Source: Octopus bimaculoides (taxonomy: Eukaryota). From it: 64,000 nt of DNA. Below are positions 10,882 through 22,480 of this stretch, one piece after another. The position numbers were made by a program, and so were the translations under genes. Each line of letters starts with the position of its first letter. The first letter of the stretch is position 1. The notes below the pieces were generated by a model, which worked only from the letters and a program-made list of their open reading frames with translations, searched no databases and had not been told where the DNA came from. The stretch covers positions 93,426,885 through 93,490,884 of the forward strand of contig NC_068982.1 of the NCBI RefSeq assembly GCF_001194135.2. Direction: 5' to 3'.

Positions 10882-13339
10882 CTCTAGATCCTCTACATTG
10901 GTCGTTCAACCTGCTAATAATATTCGGTAAATCTTGCTTAAATCATACTTTACAGTTTAAAAAAAATCAATTAATGTAACCCTGTTTCTGAACCAGAAAA
11001 ATGGGCTGGTCACAGCTGGAGCACCTCTGATCATAAATCCACACGACCAGAGCAATCAGCACAACATTTCGAAGGGTTGAGAGTTAACCAAGGTAGTAAA
11101 GCACGAGATTAAGTATTATTCGCTTGCTAGTATGTTGGCTCACTTCTCAGAAATCAACTCCACCAGGGTCACTTTTAGTTTTCATTCTTGTGGGGCCGAT
11201 AAAATAATTCTCAGTAATATTCCACTGGAAATCTAAACATACATGTTCTATGTTTAAATGAGTTGAGACACGCATACGATCTGTACGGCCCATTTACCTC
11301 TTCTTTGAATCTTTGTAATATACTCCGTATTTCGATCAGCTAACATCTTGTACCTAAAGATGCGGTTTATAGTCTGGAAAATCATAATCTTACACCTCTT
11401 AAACCCTTTATTCTATTTTATTTAAATGTATAGGGAAATAACTCATCTTTCAAATAATTTTTTTTTTTTTTTTTTTTTNNNNNNNNNNNNNNNNNNNNNN
11501 NNNNNNNNNNNNNNNNNNNNNNNNNNNNNNNNNNNAATTTTTACTTTGTAGAAATTTTTTTACTCCTCAAAGAACCCACTTTAATACGCATTGCCTTAAA
11601 CTTATAATTTTGATAGTTTATTGATAGCCAAAATGAAGCAGCCTTGATTTTAGCTGTTGTCGACAGAAAGCACCAAACTAGATTTTTGTAAATTAGTAAA
11701 AACAGCACCTTATTTATTATTAAATCAGTAAACAAACGTAAATAATGCTTCGAATTCTACTCTTGAGGAGCAAAACCATTTATATGGAAACCTTATTTTA
11801 ATAAAGTCAAATAACTAATAGTAAAATGTTTCAAATCAAATAAGTTCAGTATTTGAAATTCGATATATTAAGATTGGTCAGATATATTATGAAATTAGGT
11901 GCAGACAATCAATATCATTGTAATTGTTTCGCTCCAGTCTTACCCTGAAGGAGTGCGTCTATGATTAAAAGCATTCTAGTTGTGATCATCCTGTGTTTTT
12001 TTTTTTTTTTTTTTTTTTCGGGCAATGTGTATCTCAGACTGTGTTATTTCATGCATCCTTTTTTGTTACAGACTGTTTGATGTGACTTAATGGTTATTTC
12101 GCTATTTTTTGCATTTCGATCAACTTCGTTTATTCGATTTACTTTGAGTAATTAACACATGTTGAGCATAGATCAGATTTCTAGCTCATGTTCTTTTCAT
12201 CGAATGGCAGTTTTTACCCCCACCCCACCTAAGCTTATTACTAATAAACTAATTTTTCACAATGGTTAATTATCTATATTTTCTTGTTCTATTCCATCCA
12301 GTTTGCATCTCCTTTCAGATATCTGCGTACACTAGTGCTGTCTATGTCAAACATTTTATGGAAATGTCAAAAGATGACGAAAACTTAAAAATTGTTTCTA
12401 ATTTAGGCACGAAACCATCAATTGCTGAGGGCAGGAGGTTACATCGAGTTCAGTAATTGACTAGTACTTTATTTTATCGACTCTGAAAAGATGAAAATGT
12501 AAAGTTGACAACACCCAGCACCCACCATGCTAGCGCCTCCTTGATATTTAAAGCCGGTTTTTAAACTCACAACGGCCTCAAGGAGGCATTACCATCAGGT
12601 TTCAGAACCACTGGCCAAAGTGGATTGGAGAAAATAGTGTTGTGAGAAGTCAAACTAGGAAAATTCATGTGATTGCAATATCTTTTATTGATCTAAAAAA
12701 ATGTAATTCAAACGCAATACCCATTAATTTTTTTGTATTCAAATACAAAATCACATTTCAAAAGTATTCACGTTTTAATTGCTAAAAGTTCAGCAAGAGA
12801 TTTCCTAAAAGGAGCGCTTTATTTAAATTTAATTTGGGTTTAAGTTTTGGGAGTAGAAATTTCAACTGAATCTCTTCTAAACTTGACAGACGCGAGAAAT
12901 TTCATATGGAACTCCCAATTTAAGGAAGTAATCTTTTTAAACAATCCCAGGTAGTTTATGGAGTTTTATTAATGTTGTTTATTTTCCATAACGTAATATT
13001 CGTTTAAAAATTTTGTCTGGAATAACATCTTAGTTTGAGCCCAAGATTCGGTAATGCAGACTCGATCAATAGTAATAACATTATTTAGATAGTCACTTAC
13101 AGATGTAAAATTAATTGGGAGATCTAGAATACATCTGTTCATAAACTTCTGTTCTGTACCTCATCCATCACATGGAGGAATGTTCTCTAATAAGTAAAGC
13201 AGAAATTTTGTTTCAGTCAAATCATGTTTTGGATTTATTTTGATTTTTTCAATGAACTTCAACTTGCCCCACTCTCCTTTTTTCACCAACTTTCAAATTA
13301 GTTTTTACCTGCTAATAGTAATTGTTAATGATCGTTGTA

Positions 13340-14595
13340 GTTTATTTTGAGTTCTAGAGAAGGCATATGACCGAGTGGATATGAATGCAACGTGGCAGGT
13401 GTTATAGTTGTATTGAGTAGATGGTAGATTATTGAGAGCTGTTCAGAGTTTTTATAGAGAAAGTAAGGCGTGCGTTAGGGTGGGTGCTGAAGTGAGTGGT
13501 TTGATGTGAAGGTGGGGTCAAGACAGGATAGATATATAGATGGTGTGGTGAGAGAGGTAAATGCTAGAACCCTTAATAGGGGAACTCAAATGGTGGGAGA
13601 AAATGGAGAGAAATGGCAGGTGAGTCAGTATTTGTTTGCTGATGATACAGCACTAGTGGCGGATTCAGAAGAGCATCTGAGGAGACTGGTGGTAGACTTT
13701 GGAAGAGTGTGTGAGAAGAGGAAACTGAAAGTGAATGTAGCTAAGAGTAAAATGATGAGATGTTCGAGAGATGGAATGGCTGATAGGATGGATGTGAGTA
13801 TAAATGGTAAGATGCTAGAGGAGGTGAGTGTTTTTAAGTATCTGGGGTCACAGCTGACGGCGGATGAGGGGTTGGCTGAGGATGTGGGATATAGAGTGAG
13901 GGAGGGGAGTGAGATACTTGGAGTTGTGAAAGGTATGCTGAGAGATAAAAAGTTGAGTATGAAAGCGAAAAGAGGTGTGTATGATTGTACCGACAATGTT
14001 ATATGGTGCAGAGATGTGGGGACTGAGAGAGGTGGAAAGGAGGCAACTAGATATGTTTGAAATGAGATGTTTAAAGGCTATGGTTGGTGTGACACAGATG
14101 GACAGGATGGGGAATGAGGAGGTGCGAAGGCAAGCAGGAATGAAAGAATAACAATCAGGTAGACGAATGTTCAGGTGGTTTGGCCACATGGAGAGGATCG
14201 ATGAGGAGCAGATGGTAAGGGGGGGGGGTGAAGGCTGAAGTGGTAGGCAGCAAACCCAGAGGCAGACCTCGGTTTGTGTGGATAGATGGAGCGAGGAAAG
14301 CTTTGGTGGTTAAAGGTGTTGGAGCGAGAGAGGCAAGAGAGTTTATAAATAGTAGGAAAGCTTGGAGAGTGTTTGTGGACGGATGAGTGAATTGATGTTG
14401 CTCAAAGGGGTACAGAACCGGCATGATGTAGCGGGGGTAAACCAACATATGCTGACGGGCCCTGCTGCTGATATCGGGGGTTGCGTTCTATGCCTTGACC
14501 CGAGCAGAGAACGCGGCTCGCCCCTTTCAGCTGCTGAATGAACGGAATGCCTGATGTGTCTTGTTGTGGCAAGTGAGTTTCCTTAAAAAAAAAAA
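13340..14595 (+). mobile_element. RTE-clade LINE, 5'-truncated, with 3' UTR and poly(A)
   Basis: LEKAYDRVD, QYLFADDTALVADSEE, LKVNVAKSKMM, FKYLGS, RWFGH..RI; frameshifts; A-run near 14585. Confidence 0.9.
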
Positions 14596-15339
14596 TGGGG
14601 AATAGGCCTGAGTTTATTTTTATTAGTAGAGAACAGTATCTCTCTTTTTTCAATTTCCACATTTTTTGACGTAGAAGAGGAGTGAGGAATCAGCAAATAT
14701 CAGGTTATATATTATTGTTTCCCATGTTACTTCAGGAAAGTATAACTATTCAAAATGTCCTAAATTAAGCGCTTATTATCAGAATCATCATCATTATTTA
14801 GATTGTCACTTATAGATGTAAAATTAATTGGACCGATGTAGAATACATCTGTTAATAAACTTCTGTTCTGTTCTCATGACTTACCCCACTTCCAACTTTC
14901 CCTTGGAGTCTGGCTATTGCTGTTGCCTTCATCCGTTAATGACCTCATGCATTTGTGGAAGCAAAACTATGATAACTAAATCAAGATAACTAGGTATTTT
15001 GCTACAATTGTCTCTACTATTGCTATCAGCAAAACGGATAATTTTTATTTTATTTATTTATTTATTTATTTGGTAAATGGTGGTGCAGCTGAATGATTTA
15101 TATAGTTCAGAAAATTACCTGGAGCAAGAACTGGACATATCATTTTATATCATTCTTATAGCAATCTAAAACTTAGAACTATTTATAACTATGGGTTATA
15201 AGGTGAAATGAGTAAGTGGCGTAAAACAAGTAATTTCTCATTATTTTCTCCTTACCTATTCCAAATCATTACATTGCAAGTATTGCATTATCATTTTATA
15301 CTACCGTATCATCTGTGGGAGTAAAAATTAGTTAGTGTG

Positions 15340-15565
15340 TTGGCACTCCATCGCTTACGACATCGAGGGTTCCAGTTGACCCGATCAACGGAACAGCCTG
15401 CTCGTGAAATTAACGTGCAAGTGGCTGAGAACTCAACAGACACGTGTGCCCTTAACGTAATTCTCGGGGATATTCAGCGTGACACAGTGTGACAAGGCTG
15501 ACCCTTTGAATTACAGGCACAACAGAAAAGTTGTAGTGAAAGAGTACAGCAGGGTTCGCCACCAT
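15340..15565 (-). mobile_element. SINE (same family as 7742-8115), head lost in gap
   Basis: Near-identical body GAGGGTTCCAGTTGA..GAAATTAACGTGCAAGTGGCTGAG. Confidence 0.8.
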
Positions 15566-16709
15566 NNNNNNNNNNNNNNNNNNNNNNNNNNNNNNNNNNN
15601 NNNNNNNNNNNNNNNNNNNNNNNNNNNNNNNNNNNNNNNNNNNNNNNNNNNNNNNNNNNNNNNNNNNNNNNNNNNNNNNNNNNNNNNNNNNNNNNNNNNN
15701 NNNNNNNNNNNNNNNNNNNNNNNNNNNNNNNNNNNNNNNNNNNNNNNNNNNNNNNNNNNNNNNNNNNNNNNNNNNNNNNNNNNNNNNNNNNNNNNNNNNN
15801 NNNNNNNNNNNNNNNNNNNNNNNNNNNNNNNNNNNNNNNNNNNNNNNNNNNNNNNNNNNNNNNNNNNNNNNNNNAAAAAAAAAAAAAAAAAAAAAAAATT
15901 ATATCTAAAGTGGAACAAAATGAATATTGACTAATTTCAATAATTTCATGCCTTTAACTGTATGATGCGCAAATATATCGGGAAGAGAGCCACTTCAGCA
16001 GATTGTGAAGAAACTATAGAGAATATTTTATATTTTTAGATTTAGTTGAGTTTCATTAATTTCATATGTGCTATTTTTCCAAGATTCTCTTTCATTTGAT
16101 CTAGATATTTTGAATTTTTGTTGCATTTCTGATCTTTCTCGTGACTAACGAGTATGAGCCTTTTTTCAAAAATAATTCTAGAGATCTGAAGAGGTATATT
16201 TACCTTTGTCTTACTCATTCTGCCCTAACTAAATTTGTCTTGTATGCTAAAAGAGAACGGAGATAATTTTCTGAAATAATGTTCTGAATATGTTGCAATG
16301 TTTTTCATGCATTTAGAGTAGGTCAGTTGCTTAGCTAGTACAGTTTTTGGAAGGTAGTAAATATTTGTAAAAAAAAAAAAATTTTATCTAAGTCTTGTTG
16401 ATGTTTACATATTGAATAAGCTTTAGAAAAATGAGCTGGTTGCATATACCATAATATGGCTAGTTGTTTTAGGTACCTAAGGAATAAGTAACAGATTCAC
16501 GTGCTGAGACATGTAAGTTTATATAATTTCTTTTTTTACAAAACAAATTACGATGCATGTGCAATAACCATAATGGGCACAGACATGGCTGTAGGGTTAA
16601 GAAGTTCATTTTGTAGCCACGTGGTTTTAGATTCGATCCCATTGAGTACCTCTACGAAACATGCTACTAACAACAACCTGGCTGCAGTAGTATGGGGGAT
16701 GGCTTGTCC

Positions 16710-16960
16710 TGACTAACACGAAGATCGAGGAAAACCATCCAGACTGATCGAAGATGTCTCTACTCCGATATTCAACTCGACCCCTTCTGACCAAAAAACA
16801 TTATCCAGAAAGAGGCAGAGAAACTGTTCAAGTACAAGGATCTTGAAATGAACAGCAACTAGGGCATGAAAATGAAAGCAATAATTAGTTGAGTAATAGA
16901 TATGATAAAGAAAACCATACAGACTATAATAGGAGCCATTCTCGACATCCTCAGCTAACT
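16710..16960 (+). mobile_element. Remnant of a restriction-like-endonuclease non-LTR element (R4/Dong-like C-terminus)
   Basis: DVSTP..NIIQKEAEKLFKYKDLE..GMKMKAII resembles the PD..D..KEXEKXXKY RLE tail. Confidence 0.55.
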
Positions 16961-16998
16961 TTCAGCAAAGCTATTAGAGTTAGCAGCTCCCTCTTCAC

Positions 16999-17477
16999 CA
17001 GTAACGGACTGGCCAGGTTGCCAGCTTGCCCGATGGCAAGTGGGCCTCTGCGCCATTAGAATCCATATATGGGGGGGGGGGCCTATGTGAGTATCTAAGG
17101 GGCCTATCCCCTCAAGTTTGAGAATTTTTTATTCACTCCTGGAAGAACGCATTAATTATTTCAGCATGGCTGTGTTTGTTGATAGTTGAAAAGAATACTT
17201 TAAAAAAAAAAAAATTAAATGATAGCATTNNNNNNNNNNNNNNNNNNNNNNNNNNNNNNNNGGGGGCCTATGTGAGTATCTAAGGGGCCTATCCCCTCAG
17301 GTTTGAGAATTTTTTATTCACTCCTGGAAGAACGCATTAATTATTTCAGCATGGCTGTGTTTGTTGATAGTTGAAAAGAATACTTTAAAAAAAAAAAAAT
17401 TAAATGATAGCATTGTCGTTGCGGGTGGGCCCCCTTAGTCTCCTGGCAACCAATATTTTTAAACCAGTCCGCTACTG
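16999..17477. mobile_element. hAT MITE
   Basis: 14-bp TIR CAGTAACGGACTGG / CCAGTCCGCTACTG (1 mismatch); perfect 8-bp TSD CTCTTCAC at 16991-16998 and 17478-17485. Confidence 0.92.
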
Positions 17478-19029
17478 CTCTTCACCTACTTTTCCAAGTT
17501 GGACTTTAAGATGAGAAAAAGAACCTAATACACAAATGTTTCTCTTCAGTCAAACGAACAATTTCGTTTACCATAGTCACGAGACTTACCGTCAAAGAAA
17601 AGTAGTGAGATGACATCACGATCGGCTTGACTGATAGATAACAAACAACTGCTATTCGACATAATTCAACAAGTATATATGCTCGAGCGCTGACCGAATG
17701 CATGCAGAATAATCTCGATGCTCTGTAGACGTTTCAGACAGGCGAGGCCTTTGAGCTGCCAGGCCAAGGATTCTGAAAGTTGTCCATGGAATGCAAAAAT
17801 TAATGAACATGTCTGGTAGAGAACTTTGGTGTCTGATAATATTCTAAAAGCCTTGCATACATTCTTACTTTTTGTTGGAAGGATATATTTCATAATGTAG
17901 TTAGAGATAAACTATGTACGAAAAGTCAGGATGGTCACAGTTAGAATGCCTTTGTTCATACATCCATTTGGCCAAAGTTGATTGGGCTTAGCGGCGCTTC
18001 GTACGAATTTTTCGTTAGGAGCGATAATGAGGGAGTGAAGCGCAAATTTACTGATGAAAAGTTTATTTGTTATTGAGGATTTCGGATGAAAGGTTGTTCT
18101 GGTGAAAATAGGAAAGATAAGGGAAATTGAAGGAAAAGAAGGCTGAGATTTAGAAGATATCGTTAAAAGAAAACTTGTAGGTTTTGACTGTTTATTTCTT
18201 ACAAGAAAATATTGATTGCTGTCATTGTTTACTTCCAGCTCAGCTCCGATCCAGCAGACCTATGATCAATGGTATTCAACTACCACCCCGTCATTTGGAG
18301 TGGGGAGGGGTAGGTGGTGTAGAGGTGTTGTATACTGTGACAAACCTAAGACAATGTTTCGTTTCTTTTTTAAACGGAAAGATGTGACTTTAGGGAGATT
18401 TGACTCCAGTTTTAGTAGGCCAAGAGGCTAGGAAGAGGAATTCTCGTTGGTTCGAAAATATTGGCGGTAGAACCAATTTTTAAAGACATCAAGGGTCTGG
18501 TATATGCAATAAATGTACAATTTTTTCTTTAAGTAATAATTTCATCTCTATTTCAGTAAGTACAATGATGGTTATGCTTCGCTGATGAGGTCAGAACCTT
18601 TTCGAAACTATGTTCAGAGTTGACCTCCCATATTTACTGGTAAATGACAACAATATTAGTCATTGACCAATTTTGTACTTTTTTTCTCATCACATATCTA
18701 TTTAATTTTTCTATTGCTCCTTACAATATCTTTACACCGACAGACCAATTCTTTTTCATGTGGAAAATCTTTCTGAATTATATAAATCATAGCCATTAAT
18801 GGGGTGAGGCGTGGGGTGTAGAATTTTAGAACATTTATTGGTGAACTAGATATTGTTATATAATTTCCCGTCTGGTGTTCTACTGATAAGCAAGACTTCC
18901 GAGAGAAATTTTGCAAGGCGGAACAAGACAATAGCTTCCCGACCACCCAGGGAGGGGAGGTGTTCTCTTCATTTTCAAGGGTTCCTTCTTTTCTTATTCG
19001 TTTTAGAAGCTCATCAGATATTCACTAGC

Positions 19030-19460
19030 CCTCCCCTGGCTCTCCGGGCTCCGAATTAATATATTGACTGAACTCGACTCCTACCCCCACCCCAAACACC
19101 TTATAAAGCCCTGCTGACAAGACCACCTGCATATAGCATATATATATTGGTTTTTTTTTTAAAGTAAGTTTCGATGGGATGGTAATTTGTTCCAACCATT
19201 TAGTGCATCTTGAATTTAAATACAGGATTAGATTTGAAACTGATTTTCTTTCTGTCATCTGACACTTAACTATACAACACTTGCCTGCGATAGTGAGCCT
19301 AACATCCAACTCCGAGGCGAACTTACTCTTCCAGCTCGGACTTGTGAAAGTCAATATGATCGAACTTCTCACATCCTTTTACTGTTTATGCATAGAAAGT
19401 ATGAAAAGTGGTCGAATTTCTCCAGTGGCGTCTCCGAGATGGTAATGTTGAGGTCTGGAG
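19030..19460 (-). mobile_element. RTE LINE, 3' part (continuation of 21167-22480)
   Basis: TPDLN|ITISETPLEKFDHFSY continues in frame across the 15-bp TSD TGTTGAGGTCTGGAG. Confidence 0.8.
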
Positions 19461-19502
19461 AAGACGGCGAGCTGGCACGCCGGTCGAACTGCTTCGCGGT
19501 AT

Positions 19503-20999
19503 AACGGCTCTGTGAATTATTGTGAATACTGTTGTGTTACTTTGTGAAAACTGTCTCGGTAAATAATTGTGATTTTTGTGGAATTATTACGGTTACGTTT
19601 CACGTGAGCTGCTGCATTTTTTCCCAGCTATGGCAAGTGGTAGTGTCTCCAGTATGGAGAGCTACNNNNNNNNNNNNNNNNNNNNNNNNNNNNNNNNNNN
19701 NNNNNNNNNNNNNNNNNNNNNNNNNNNNNNNNNNNNNNNNNNNNNNNNNNNNNNNNNNNNNNNNNNNNNNNNNNNNNNNNNNNNNNNNNNNNNNNNNNNN
19801 NNNNNNNNNNNNNNNNNNNNNNNNNNNNNNNNNNNNNNNNNNNNNNNNNNNNNNNNNNNNNNNNNNNNNNNNNNNNNNNNNNNNNNNNNNNNNNNNNNNN
19901 NNNNNNNNNNNNNNNNNNNNNNNNNNNNNNNNNNNNNNNNNNNNNNNNNNNNNNNNNNNNNNNNNNNNNNNNNNNNNNNNNNNNNNNNNNNNNNNNNNNN
20001 NNNNNNNNNNNNNNNNNNNNNNNNNNNNNNNNNNNNNNNNNNNNNNNNNNNNNNNNNNNNNNNNNNNNNNNNNNNNNNNNNNNNNNNNNNNNNNNNNNNN
20101 NNNNNNNNNNNNNNNNNNNNNNNNNNNNNNNNNNNNNNNNNNNNNNNNNNNNNNNNNNNNNNNNNNNNNNNNNNNNNNNNNNNNNNNNNNNNNGAAGACC
20201 AAATGCCCCCTATATGAGTTCACACAGCCACAGCAAGAGAAAGCACAAGCAGAGGAGGAAAGAACTATAGACCACACTGAGGAAATAAAAGAGAGACAGA
20301 AGTGTGAAACAGAGAAAACAAAGGAGAAGAACGAAAATGGAGCTACTAACCCTAAAAAGCGAAAGAAAATAAGTCAAAGGAACGGTCAACAGAAAACAAA
20401 AAAAAAAAAAGAGATAAAAAAGCCAGAAACTAATAATGTACAAGAAGAGGAGGAGAGAACGGATAAAGATGTGAAATACAAGGGGGTTTTGATAAAGTAC
20501 GAGAATCGCGAGCAGATGGGGAGAAGAGTCGAGAGGTTGGGAGAAATAATAAGAGTGAAGATGCCAGAGAAATGTGCTGAAAAATGCATTTTGATATCTG
20601 AGGAAAGCTGCTGGGAGTGCATAAAAGAACTTGGTGAAAATATAATAACGAAACGGATATGGTTGGTGGAGACACCACCCCCTAGAACTGATTATTTGCA
20701 GTTGTTAAAGACGGACGTAACAATGATTAATGGAAGAAAGGTAACGCGAGCGTTTGAATTTTTTGAGCTACAAAACCGTTAAAATGTTTACATGACGTTG
20801 AACGTAAAAATGAAAAACTGGATAAATGTAACCACCCGACTTCGGGGATCGAGTGGACATTGCGCCTCATTTTTTTCATTCTTGCATATCATCATTTTAT
20901 TTTAATTATCCCGATTTTATGTTTGCGTTTTGTACTGTCTTTATGTTTTGTGATGTCTTAAAAATGTTTTGTATAGCCCTTTATGGGTAATAAAGAAAT
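19503..20999 (+). mobile_element. ORF1/gag-only retroposon copy B inserted in a SINE
   Basis: CGGTAT duplicated at 19497-19502 and 21000-21005; both ends match copies C and D; ends GCCCTTTATGGGTAATAAAGAAAT; N gap 19666-20193. Confidence 0.9.
19630..20782 (+). CDS. Gag/ORF1-like CCHC zinc-knuckle protein of element B (middle hidden by N gap)
   Basis: ATG at 19630 (MASGSVSSMESY); after the gap 195 open codons from KTKCP to ELQNR*; intactness across the gap cannot be tested. Confidence 0.5.
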
Positions 21000-21166
21000 C
21001 GGTATTTCGCCTGTCTTTACGTTCTGAGTTCAAATTCCGCCGAGGTCGACTTTGCCTGTCATCCTTTCGGGGTCGATAAAGTAAGTACCAGTTGCGTACT
21101 GGGGTCGATCTAATCGACTGGCCCTCTCCCAAAAAATTTCGAGCCTTGTGCCTAAAGTAGAAAAAC

Positions 21167-22480
21167 TGTTGAGGTCTGGAGTTTCCTGACTTAGAACGGG
21201 TTGTACCAGGAGTTTTGTCTTTTTGATGTTGACTTTTAGGCCTAACCGAGTGTAAGCATTGGTGAAGTTATTCACCGATTGTTGAAGCTGTTCACTGGAG
21301 TGGCAGGCTGCTGCGTTGTTATCAGCATACTGAAGTTCAGTGATCTTTTGCTTCCTGGTCAGTCTTCGTGACTTTAATCTGATATGGTTGAAACATCCCC
21401 CGTCATATCGGTACTAAATGTTGACTCCTAAATTGTCCGAAGGCAATTCATGAAATTTTGCTGCAAGGTACAGGGGAGAAGAACGTCGGAGCCAAAACGC
21501 ATCCTTGTTTTAATCCTCCAGTGATGGGGAAGTCTTCAGACAGTTAGTTTTGATGGAAGCTGGTTCCAGTCATACCGTTATGTAATCCCTGTACTAGGGA
21601 AATGAACTGATCGGGACAGCCGAAGCGTCAGAAGACCTTCCACGTTGCAGGCCTTGAGACGGTATCAAAGGCCTTTTCGAGGTCGTAGAAAACAAAATAG
21701 AGAGGTTTTTGTTGTTCTCATTTCTTGTATTTGTCGAGCACAAAAGATCATGTCAGTTGACCCTCTAATGGTCGAAATTGACATTGTGATTTGGGTAGGA
21801 CTTCCTCCGCGATGACTTGGAGACGATCCATAAGGAGTCTTGCAAAGATTTTCCCCGCGGTGGAGAGCAGTGGGATGCCACAATAGTTCCCACAGATCTT
21901 TCTGTCTCCTTTGAGTTCTTTGGAAACATGGCGGTTCTTCCACATTCAGAGAATCAATGAACAAACTGGTGTTTAATAGTACTCCACTGGAATGTTGCTT
22001 AGGCCAAGGGATTTCCACTACTTCATGCGGTTGAGGGCAATCTGGTACTCTTCGTAGGATGGTGGCGTGTTCATCCAGTGTTGAGTTGGATGCATGGCTA
22101 CGTTCTTCAAGAAGTCTTTCGCAGCGTTGAAGCCTTTGTTCAGAAGACTCGAGAAGTGCTCTCTCCAACAACTGCAGCCAGGAGCCTTAAGCCCTATTCA
22201 AACGGCTAAGCTGCTGGAGACTGGTCAATCTTTGGTTGGTGAGGGTTGCTGCTGAAAAGCCAAACGTGTAGCAGCAATCTTCGGCTCTTTGCCACCTCCG
22301 GAAAGATCCAGAAACGAGTGTCAGAATTTCTACGACTTCCACAACCTCAAAACCTAGCCTCCAAATTTCTCCGATTGTAAGCCCATAGATTAGAATATAT
22401 GGGGCGTGGTTGAGAAAAAAAAACAACCGCTTTGCCTGCAATGCCAAAGCTGAGCTGGTAGCCAAGATCAACGAGATGTT
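21167..22480 (-). mobile_element. RTE LINE RT region, decayed
   Basis: KGDRKICGNYCGIPLLSTAGKIFAR, STDMIFCARQIQE, ITELQYADN, LGLKVNIKKTK. Confidence 0.9.

Larger units (their letters stand above)
19461..21166 (+). mobile_element. tRNA-derived SINE split by element B
   Basis: Head 19461-19502 and body/tail 21000-21166; 15-bp TSD at 19446-19460 and 21167-21181. Confidence 0.9.

Noticed and set aside
17090-17412. ~140-bp duplication inside the MITE
   Set aside because: The two copies flank a short N gap and are nearly identical; most likely an unmerged contig overlap.
19315-19378. Apparent minus-strand exon (KGCEKFDHIDFHKSELE) with good splice sites
   Set aside because: It lies inside the RTE remnant continuing from 21167; better explained as decayed LINE sequence.
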